DNA from: Eledone cirrhosa
Lineage: Eukaryota
Direction of reading: 5' to 3'
Length of the DNA stretch: 64,000 nt
Assembly (NCBI GenBank): GCA_964016885.1
Contig: OZ024747.1
Span: forward strand, 72,664,001 to 72,728,000
In this document: in pieces, positions 53,397 to 64,000 of the stretch
How the letters are laid out: each line of letters begins with the position of its first letter
Position numbering within the stretch: the stretch's first letter is position 1
Notes under the pieces: model-generated
Told to the model about the DNA's origin: nothing
Seen by the model: only the letters and a program-made list of their open reading frames with translations
Database searches by the model: none
Made by a program: the position numbers and the translations under genes

Positions 53397-54460
53397 ATGG
53401 TGGTGGTGATGGTGGTAGTAGTGGTGGTGATGGTGGTAGTAGTGGTGGTGATGGTGGTAGTAGTGGTGGTGATGGTGGTGATGGTGGTAGTAGTGGTGGT
53501 GATGGTGGTAGTAGTGGTGGTGATGGTGGTAGTAGTGGTGGTGATGGTGGTAGTAGTGGTGGTGATGGTGGTAGTAGTGGTGGTGATGGTGGTAGTAGTG
53601 GTGGTGATGGTGGTAGTAATGGTGGTGATGGTGGTAGTGGTGGTGATGGTGGTAGTAGTGGTGGTGATGGTGGTAGTGGTGGTGATGGTGGTAGTAGTGG
53701 TGGTGATGGTGGTAGTAGTAGTGGTGATGGTGGTAGTAGTGGTGGTGATGGTGGTAGTGGTGGTGATGGTGGTAGTAGTGGTGGTGATGGTGGTAGTAGT
53801 GGTGGTGATGGTGGTAGTAGTGGTGGTGATGGTGGTAGTGGTGGTGATAGTGGTAGTAATGGTGGTGATGGTGGTAGTGGTGGTGATAGTGGTAGTAATG
53901 GTGGTGATGGTGGTAGTAGTGGTGGTGATGGTTGTAGTGGTGGTGGTGATGGTGGTAGTAGTGGTGGTGATGGTGATAGTAGTGGTGGTGATGGTGGTAG
54001 TGGTGGTGATGGTGGTAGTGGTGGTGGTGATGGTGGTAGTGATGGTTGTAGTAGTGGTGGTGATGGTTGTAGTAGTGGTGGTGATGGTTGTAGTAGTGGT
54101 GGTGATGGTGGTAGTAGTATTGGTGATGGTGGTAGTAGTGGTGGTGATGGTGGTAGTAGTGGTAGTTGTAGTGGTGGTTGTAGAGATGATTGTGGTGGTG
54201 GTAGTGATGGTGGCAATAGTAGTGATGGTGGTGATGGTGGTAGTAGTGGTGATGGTGGTAGTAGTGGTGGTGATGGTAGTAGTGGTGGTGGTATTAGTAG
54301 TAGTGGTGGTGGTATTAGTAGTAGTGGTGGTTGTAGTGTGATAATGGTGGTGGTGGTTGTAGTGTGACAATGATGGTGATGGTGGTAATGGTAGTAGTAG
54401 TGGTGGTGATGGTTGTAGTAGTGATAGTGGTGGTGGTATTAGTAGTAATGATGATGGTGT
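53397..54460. repeat. GGT/GAT/AGT trinucleotide-based array (mostly a 21-bp unit)
   Basis: ggtggtgatggtggtagtagt repeats, degenerating toward the right. Confidence 0.95.
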
Positions 54461-55876
54461 TGGTTATAGCTGTAGTAACTGTTTAACCCCAGGTCAGCAC
54501 TGACCACTCAGTGGTCGAGGACTATATTATCAAACTTGTTCATTCTGTATTTAACAGGGTATATTACAATTTGAGGGAGATTTGGATGCTATTTCTAGCT
54601 AGCCAAGCATCCATGTAAAGGCTCCGACCTTGGCTTATAATCGTAATTGCAGATGTTTTTATTATTATTATTGTAGATCTGGCTCTGATTCTTATGGAAT
54701 AAAACCAACCATTTTAAAGATTTCCAATTTAAATCAAAATCTTCCAACATTATTTTATATAAGAAAGCTTACATCAAGTTACTATCTTTCTAATGAAATA
54801 ATTTTAGTAAATCCCTCAAAATTCTTAATCCATTAAAATAGAGTGTATTTCATTAGAAATACAGTAATGAAAGATTTTGGCCCTAAACCACATTTGACAT
54901 GACAGCAAGCAACGTATGCCACAGTTCTTGATTATTTTCAAAACCATTTGAAATCCATAGCCAGTGACTTTTAGAAATATAGTAATGAAGGGGTTAAAAA
55001 AACAATTTAGTATTATCTCATGTCACAGCTTCACTGTTTCAATTGTTTTGCTGGTTATGTCATATGACCATTATAGGCACCATCCAATCTTCTATGGACA
55101 AAACAACTCTCAGGGAAAGGAATGTTAAATCTAAATAGATCATTGGCACCATTGTTACTATTAGTTTAGGAATTGTCATGATTCTACCATAATCTTCCTA
55201 TCTGTTGAACTTGATGTGTGTGGATTTATAGTAAATGAAAAAAAGAAATAGAAAAAAGGGGGTAGCCCCCAAAAAGAAATTGTTTTTAGAAAACCAGAAA
55301 CAAATACATAAGCACGTGACCAAATTAAAGAAAAGGAAGGGGGAGCGAGAAAGTAAAATAAAATATAAAGGGAAGCGGGGGGGGGGGGATACACAGAATT
55401 GAAATAAATAGATAAATAACGGAAAAAAAATATGTAGATTGTTAGTGTGTAAAGTCTATAAGCGTAGATTAAGAATAAAATAAAATAGAATTAGGGAGCT
55501 CAAACATCGACATCGTTGGCATTTAGCTGCAATGTCAAAGTTCATACTTCAGTGTTTTCAAAGTCAGTAAGTAACGCTACAATCCACAATGCCTTTGAAA
55601 TAAATGTTTCTTTCTTAATAACGATACATCCAGTTTCGAAATAACGTCCGTTCATTAACGTCAATGTTTTCAAAGTGACAATAACGCTACAATCCACAAT
55701 CGGGATAGCGTTTCTTTAAGACATTTCTATCCTTTTCAAATATTCAGTTATTTTCTGTTTAACGTCTATATCTCTCATATCTTTCTCCTATAACTAAATT
55801 GAACCTTATGTAAAACTATTTGGGAATAATACAATCTCTTAAATAACACTGTACAAGCGAATAGTTATATTCTTAC

Positions 55877-55894
55877 CTTTGCTTTCTCTCTCAT
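55877..55894 (-). CDS. Candidate first coding micro-exon (MREKAK) of the fucosyltransferase gene
   Basis: Minus strand reads ATG AGA GAG AAA GCA AAG|GTAAGA: a strong phase-0 donor compatible with the phase-0 acceptor at 18853. Splicing would give a short basic cytosolic tail before the TM segment. The link is inferred only. Confidence 0.35.
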
Positions 55895-55920
55895 ATTATT
55901 ATTATTATTATATAATATAA

Positions 55921-56277
55921 TGGCGGTGACTTGGCAGTATCGGTAGAGGGTCGGACGCCATTCTTTGACGCATAGAGTTACGGCCGTTGCCATTCTGAGT
56001 TCAAATCCCGCCGAGGTTAACTTTGCCTTTCATCCTTACGGGGTCGATAAAATAAAGTACCAGTAATGTACTTGTGCCAATAGTAGAAACAATTATTATT
56101 ATTATATATATAGTAATAATTGTTTCTACTTTAGGCACAAAGCCAGCAATTACCCAGTACATTACTGGAACTTTATTTTATCGAACCCGTAAGGATGAAA
56201 GGCAAAGTCAACCTCGGCGGGATTTGAACTCAGATCGTAAAGGGACGTAACTATGCTGGAAAGCATGGCGTCCGACT
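55921..56277. mobile_element. Two tail-to-tail copies of a second tRNA-derived SINE family
   Basis: A box tggcagtatcggtag, B box gagttcaaatcc, core ccgaggttaactttgcctttcatccttacggggtcgataaaataaagtacc, and (ATT)n tail. Plus copy 55921-56100, minus copy 56113-56277. Confidence 0.85.
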
Positions 56278-56485
56278 ATATATATAGTAATAATAATAAA
56301 TGTGAAGACTAAAATCCGAAGAGGGTTCGATAAGGATAAATATATATCGAATATGTAAATGTAATCCGAGTCTTTCGAATATTAATAGTAATATTCGATT
56401 CGTTTGCAATTATATATATACATATACACACACAAAATGTAAATAAATTTACTTTCATTCTTGACACAGCTAATAGTAAGGACCG

Positions 56486-56519
<34 letters not shown>

Positions 56520-56521
<2 letters not shown>

Positions 56522-56603
56522 CGGTCCTTACTATTAGCTGTGTCAAGAATGAAAGTAAATTTATTTTCATTTTCGATAGTTTATTTACATTGTGTGTGTG
56601 TGT

Positions 56604-56676
<73 letters not shown>

Positions 56677-57100
56677 AAACGAAACGTAGCGGATAATGAA
56701 AGTAAATTTATTTTCATTTCGATTATTTATTTTTATTAAACCCCAAAATAACTTGATTGTTTTCCATGTTGTGTGTGTTGAAAAAAATGACATATTTAAA
56801 CGTATGTATGGACTCGACAATGATGGACTCACCATTGTCATCGAATCCTCCAAGTTCTTGAGGATTTTCCTCCAAATACTGCTCACAAATTTCTCTAATG
56901 AAATTGCACCAGTCTATAACTGTCCGTTCGGAGACTCCAGTTTCTCTAATCATCTCAACTTGTGTGTGATCATAGACCCACATGTATATAATACCAATAA
57001 GGTGATCCAGTCGCACATGGCTTCGTTCAAAAAAAGAATTCCGTCGCACCGATTGACTGAATTTGTCGCGGTTGAAATTGAAGAGAAAAATCAACTCATC
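56520..57100 (-). mobile_element. Merlin / IS1595 (ISXO2)-like transposon relic with terminal repeat
   Basis: The ORF 56723-57118 segment RRNSFFERSHVRLDHLIGIIYMW...GVSERTVIDWCNFIREIC...LGG..GESIIVES resembles the region preceding the first catalytic Asp of Merlin transposases. GG-starting terminus at 56520. Confidence 0.7.
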
Positions 57101-58489
57101 AGTATCACTGTTTAACATCTATTTTCTATGCTTGCATGGGTCAGACAGGTTGTCACGTCCTGGAGCCAGACGCGTCAGATGACCATAACTTGCTTGTATG
57201 CTCTGTTTTTGACTTGGTTTCTATGGCTGGGTGCCCTCCCTAATGCCAACCACTGTACAGAGTAGAGTGGGTGCTTTTTGCGTGGAACCAACACTATCAC
57301 TTTGATGAGGGGGACAGTGTACTGTTTATATGGCACAGGCACTGCCACTTTACAGGGTACACCATTTTACACCCTACACCACGACGATGACAACAACAAC
57401 AACGAGGAGGATTTCTAATATAAGTACAAGCTCTCACATATTTCAATACTGCTGAAAGAATAAAGGACAAAAAGTTGGCGCTCTTTGTGTTTGATGTATT
57501 TATATAAAAATGACGAAAAGAAAAAAGAAAAAACAAAAAGGAAAAAGCACAGATTGCTGTGAAATGATTTAATAGCGTTACAAAGTGGGGCTTTCCTCAT
57601 CTACTGCCGCAACCAAAGTAACAAATATATAAAGAATCCCCCAAAATAAATCAAACAGACCAATGTTGTTATGCTAGATCGATTTTACAAGTATATTACA
57701 TAATGAAAATACTAAAATAGGAACAGAAAAGCCATTTACTCTTGTCATCATTGTCAATGATTTAATATTTTTTCTAAGCTGACATGTCCAGGAAAATCCT
57801 GTATAACAAGAGTCAATGTGACCGAAACACTAGAAATCTTTTTCTTTTTATTTTATTTTTAATCTACAAGATTTAATTAAGTTTCCTCCCAAGTTCCATC
57901 CATGTCTATACCTATTACATTCTGTTGCAAGTGTCTGGTTTCAACATACCTTCCACCCTCTCTTCCACCAATCTCAGACCCTGAAAAAGAGGGATATGAC
58001 GCCCCCCCCCCACACACACACACACTGATTAAACAGTTAAAAATAAAGAAAAAACATTTTCTCCCTTGGCAAACCTCTACCACCCAACTTGCTAATTTCT
58101 ACTGTTTGATTTACTAACCTCTACTACAAGTCTTGCTTACTAACTTCTGCTGCCTGTGATGTATTGGTCCCATGAATTCCAAGGGAGTTGTAGGAGTGTT
58201 AACAGCAGTTCTAGAGTACTTTTTTAAAAACCTAACAGAGCCCATCTTCTCTCCAGGTCTGAATACAGCAGATTTCTTCCAGAAAATGATGAAGAGTGAG
58301 AGAATGAAAAAGATATATAGAGGAAGAATCGAGCCCAGTACTAAACTGGTACTTTTTTTATCGACCTCGAAAGGATGAAAGGCAGAGTTGATCTCGGTTG
58401 GATTTGAACTTAGAGAATAGAAAGCCGAAACAAATACTGCAAAGTATTTTATCTGGCCTAACAATTCTGCCAATTTGCTGCCTTATTAA

Positions 58490-58722
58490 CTAACTAACCT
58501 CTAGTGCCTGCCTTACTAACCTCTATCATCCACCTTACTAACCTCTACCATCTGCCTTACTAACCTCTACCACCTGCCTTACTAACCTCTATCATCCACC
58601 TTACTAACCTCTATCATCCACCTTACTAACCTCTATCATCCACCTTACTAACCTCTACCACCTGCCTTACTAACCTCTACCACCTGTCTTACTAACCTCT
58701 ATTACCCATCTTACTACTAACA
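58490..58722. repeat. 22-bp minisatellite x10 containing TACTAAC
   Basis: Unit ccttactaacctcta(tcatcca/ccacctg). Confidence 0.9.
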
Positions 58723-61539
58723 CCTGCCTAGCAATTGTTTATTTGCCATAAGAGCAGTAAATGATGGGATATTATAGAAACAGAACAACAGAACAACAGC
58801 GGGTTAATCCATGATGAAACTCAAGAGAACCTTCCAGAATGAAAATCCCAAGAAAAATTACATCATAAGGTGTGTGATGATATACCATATGGGCAGGTAA
58901 CATGGGATCAATCATGTCTAGGAGAAAGGTAAGGGATTAAGAGGGAGTGAAGGAGAAGAGAAGGTAAAAATGAAACTTTAAAAAGAGGTTTGGAAGAGCG
59001 AGATGTGGTAGAGGAATGAGAGGGATGTTAGGCAAATAAGATAGCTATAGATAGGGACAGACAGATAAAGGGTTAGATAGATAGGTAGCTAGAAGCTTAT
59101 TTATATATCAAATTTAATATAGAAATGTTTTCTACAAGACTAGAACTGTTTTATTCAAAAGAAAGCCGGCTTTCTAAAAAATAACAAACACAAAGATACA
59201 AAACAATTATTATTGCGGTGGATTGGCAGTATCGGTAGAGGGTCAGACACCATGCTTTCCAGCATAGTTACATCCCTTTACAGTCTGAGTTCAAATCCCG
59301 TTGAGGTTAACTTTGCCTTTCATCCTTACGGGGGTCGATGAAATAAAGTACCAGTAATGTACTGGGTAATTTCTGGCCTTGTGCCAAAAGTAGAAACAAT
59401 TATTAGGTTTACACTTTAGATAAAAGAGAGAAAAGAAGTTCAACGAATTAGAGTATTGGATGTTAGTCCCTCGTTAGGAGAGTACAATAGTAGATAGATT
59501 AGAAAAAAAAAAGGGGGGGACATGAGTGTGTGTTGTTTTTAATGTTTTGTATGTATCAATGTATATATTGGTGTAATGGGCAATACATTGTGATGGCATC
59601 TAAGTGTATCATGCAAAATATCAAAGATAGAGAGTTAGCTAGACAGATAGAGAGTTAGCTAGACAGATAGAGAGTTAGCTAGACAGATAGAGAAATAGTT
59701 AAACAGATAGGCAGATAGCAAGATAACTAGACAGATAGACAGATAAATAGACAGACAGACAGACAGACAGATAGACAGACAGACAGACAGATAGATAGAT
59801 AGTGGCATTATGGTATAATTGAGTAAATGAGACCTAGAAATGTTGATGATTAATTAAAGGGTATTGATTTATTTTCTTAATGGATGGAGTTGACAGATCT
59901 AAGAGTGAGATTATTGATGATGATATACCTGGTCTTTGTTGTAGAGGTGAGTGGAGAGCTGGGTGGCTGGGTTGATAGGAAGATTGTTGTAAAGGTTGGA
60001 TAGACAGATAGATGGATGATTCACCTGGTCTTTGTAGTACAGGTGAGTGGAGAGCTGAGTGGCTGGGTAGATTGTTATGTGGTAGTTGATTGTTAGATTG
60101 TTGTAAAGGTAGATGGATAGGTGAGTGGGTGATGGATGGTTAGTTGAATGGGTTGGTGGATATACCTGGTCTTTGTTGCATAGGTGAGTGGATGTTCTTG
60201 TAAGAGAGCTACTATATGTATAGTGTAGCATGTGAGTATATACTAGTGTGTGTATGTGTATAGGGTTTGGACCTATGAGTGAAAGATGGACAACTAGTGC
60301 GAGGGAAAGGGCTGATCCCACCCTAATGAACTCCACTCACAAACTATAGTCCTCAATTGCAGAAACAAAATAAATTGTTGTATTGTTGACATGGGTTCCC
60401 GGGCCAGATTGTAAGGTGGTATGATGGTGACACGACAAAAAGCATCCGCTTCACAATGTAAAGTGGTAATTTTAGTAACATGGCAAAAAGCACCCAGTCC
60501 ATATTGTAAAGTGGTCGTTTTGGTGTCACGATAAAAAAGCATCTAGTCTAGTAAAGTGGTTGGTGTTAGGAAGGGCATCCAGCTATAGAAACCAAGATAG
60601 TGGTGTTAAAATGGACAACAGATTAAGTCTACCACCCAAGTAGGCCATAGCAGGATTTGAACCATGCTTGCATTCATATATGGATCACATACACTAACAA
60701 ACAGACGTGCACACACACACAGAAAGAGCAACAAATCATCTAGCTCTCAATATTGTCTCCTTCCTCTCCATATTTCTAGGTCCAAAAAGAGCTGGTGCTT
60801 AGTTCTGGGTTTCATGGTATGAGTGTGGGGAGAGAAAGACCTGCTTCAGGCAAGATGCTAATCTTTTTCAGGTAACATTCTCAGATCAACATCAACATCT
60901 GCATAGAAATACAAGAAAACAACAACATCGATGAACTGGAATAGAACTCACAATGTATCCAGTTTAGAATAGGTACATCATACTCCCCAAGTGTCATAAG
61001 AAGTGACTAAAAGTGTTGGTGTTAGGAAGGACATCTGGCTGTAAAACACTGCCTCTAAAAGTCCTTCCCAACTCATATCGGCATGTTCAAAATGATGTAA
61101 AAACACTGATGAATTCACAGTCATGTAATCCCATACCTTATCCATTCAACCTCTCCACATCCATACTAAATGTCAATCAGGAGTCAACAAGTGAACCTGT
61201 ATGTTGTTTCTTAACATGCAAAAAACAACAGCAAATGGAGAACCAATAAACTAGTGTTTTTGAATGAATCTTTTATGGAATTCGTTTTGCCCAAGTTAAA
61301 GCAAATGATGTATTGTCACTCACAGCAGGATTTTAGCTCAGTTTACAACATATGGCTGAAAACATTTAATTTCATGCTCTAGTGACTGTCAATGAGAAAT
61401 ATAGAGGGGAAGAAGAGAGAACATGAGAGGGGAGAATAGAGATGGTAGTGGGGAGGGGGAGAAGAGAGGAAGAGAAAGATAGGAGAGCGAGATATATAGG
61501 AGGAGAGAGAAATATATAGAGGTGGGAGATGGGATGAGT

Positions 61540-61646
<107 letters not shown>

Positions 61647-62966
61647 AATAGAAAATGACTTTTTACCTTGAGTGTTCGGAATCGGCAAACCATGCTTATC
61701 AATTCCTAAAATAAATAAATAAACATATTTAAAAATACACACAAACAGATTTATGGTAATAAATATTATTCAACTTCACTGAAAATAATTTAGGTTACTA
61801 CTACTACTACTACTAAATTCCTTCACTTCTTTCTGGTGATATGATCTTACATGATCCAACATTAACTTAGTTCTTCGCTGGATAGTTCTGTATCTTCCTC
61901 AGTGACTCTCTTTTGGAACATAACTTAACAAAGGTTCTTACATAAAATTATGATGGAAGGTGTTTACTACAACTACTACTAAATTCATCCACTTCTTTCT
62001 GGTGAAATGATTAAACCTTTCCATCTCACACAATCCAACATTAACTGCTTCAGTTCTTCACTGGATAGTTCTGAATCTTCCTCAACAACCCTCTTTAATG
62101 TCTTGAGAGTTCTTCCGCATTTGCTTTTCACTTGAGTGAGCTCTCATAGTTAAAGTTTTGTAGCAGGTTTGTTGCTTCTCATGAAGTTGGTGATGGTAGG
62201 TCATTGGCAGGTATTGGATGGTATTTTGTAATGATTTAGTAGAAAATATCTAAATGTGCATTTGTTAATTCAAATGTTTATAGTATCTTTACTAATGGAT
62301 AGATCATTGTGAAAAATTACAATATTGGAGCCTGATTTTTAATGTGATGCAGTCATATTTTGTGTTTTGTACTTTTTAAGAATACCTTATTAATGTGGTT
62401 TCATGTGGTACAGAACATTAAAAGTTCAATACACACACACGTTATTGAACCTCCATTATTTTCAATGGCCAGTGCTCTAGTTGAGTCTATCAACAGAACA
62501 GCCTCCTCATGAAATTAACATGCAAGTGACTGAGTATTCCACAAACATGAGCACTCTTAATGTAGTTCTGAAAGAAAGTCAGCATGACACTATATGACTA
62601 GGCTGTCACTTTAAGATAAAGGTACGGCAGTCGACTGGAGCAATGTGAAATAAAGTGTCTTGGTCAATGTAACAACACACTACTGGGAATCAAACTCAAC
62701 CATACATTCATGAAATGAAAAGCTTAACCATTATGCCATCCATATGCCTACACACATGACCTTGTTTACTCAATAACAATGTTGCCCAGTTTTTCTCATA
62801 ATGTTACTCCTGTTTACCCTATAGTACATTGGCTGGGCTAAAAAGCCACATTCGATCGCAGCGCTGTTAGTTGCTATTATGTGTGTGTGTGTATATATAT
62901 ATATATATGTATATTATTATTGTTGTTGTTGTCATTATTATTGTTGTTATTATTATTATTATTAAT

Positions 62967-64000
62967 AAGAAAATAGGGTGCCGGTCCCATCCGGGAAATG
63001 GCCATGCTCAGTGTGTAGGAAAGGAGTAGGTAGAAACTCCATTTTATGTCCCAAATGCAAAGTATGGGTGCATAAAAGATGTAGTGGGATCACAGGTAAG
63101 CTAACCAAGAACATAGTTTTTATATGTGGCCGGTGCTCTGGTGCAATAAGTAGCAGCATGTGCCCACAGAATACTAGCTCATTCAATTGCACAGATGGTT
63201 CTATAAAAATAGTGGACAGCTTCCGTTACCTGGGTGACAAAATCAGCAGTGGTGGAGGGTGCTCTAAAAGTACAGTAGCTAGAGTCAGAACTGGATGGAA
63301 AAAGTTCAGAGAGATTATACCACTATTAGCCGCTAAAGGGTTCTCCCTAAAAATGAAAAGCAGGTTGTATGATGCCTGCATACGAACAGCAATGTTGCAT
63401 GGCAGTGAGACCTGCACATTGTGTGCAGAGGATATACACAGACTGGAGAGGAACGAAGCTTGCATGCTCCGCTGGATGTGTAATAGTAATATACGTGAAC
63501 GGCAAAGCATAAACGAACTAAGGGAAAAATTAGAAATAAGAGGGATCAGATGTTGTTTACTCGAGAGAAGACTATGTTGGTATGGTCACGTGATGCGCAT
63601 GAAAGACGACAGCTGTATAAAAAAGTGCAGGGCAATAAAAATAGACGGTAGCCACGGAGTAGGCAGACCCAGAAAAACCTTGGACGACTTGATAAATTCT
63701 GACCTCACACACACACACACCTCTCCAAGACAATGTCACTCAACCGAGATCTTTGGCACTACACAGTAATAGAGAAGACCCGCCTTACCTAAGTACAAAG
63801 TGAAACCTACTACAGTCAGTAGGCACCTCTAACAAAATAACCCCCTTCCCACTACCCCCACCCCATCCACACCACCCCTTTCAATGTAAAGTTAGGTTGG
63901 TACCACAACATCCAGCCCGAAACAAATGAGGTCGTGTAGGTGTCACGACAAAAAAACACACAGTCCACGCTGTAATGTGGCCGTGTAGGTAACACGGTAA
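62967..64000 (+). mobile_element. 5'-truncated RTE LINE, same family, runs off window end
   Basis: ORF 62978-63769 is near-identical to the other copies and is followed by the same UTR. Confidence 0.9.

Noticed and set aside
53236-54370. Extensin-like (PPSPPLL) or Thr-rich ORFs
   Set aside because: Simple GGT/GAT/AGT repeat open in several frames, with no unique coding flanks or splice evidence.

Overview
Repeat-dense, AT-rich animal genomic DNA. The SINE/LINE families and very long (TA/CA)n tracts suggest a cephalopod such as Octopus (inference). One host gene is well supported: a minus-strand Golgi-type fucosyltransferase-superfamily gene. Its large coding exon is at 17765-18853, and a candidate 6-codon first exon lies about 37 kb upstream at 55877-55894. 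The rest is mobile DNA and repeats: RTE LINEs with a PHD-type finger inserted inside the reverse transcriptase, a CR1-like LINE, at least two tRNA-derived SINE families, two Helitron derivatives, mariner and Merlin relics, MITEs, a U6 pseudogene and a 4.35 kb mucin-like array. The most notable signal, invisible in the ORF track, is a set of about nine type I hammerhead ribozyme motifs from several unrelated small elements lying in or beside AT-rich microsatellites. These include a retrozyme-like 665-bp monomer with a terminal direct repeat, and two unrelated fold-back palindromes that carry a hammerhead on both strands and share the same apex, GA-CTA-TC. Most long ORFs in the track (YIYI, VVVV, PPLL) are microsatellite artefacts. 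All structures were read by eye; no folding or database search was run.
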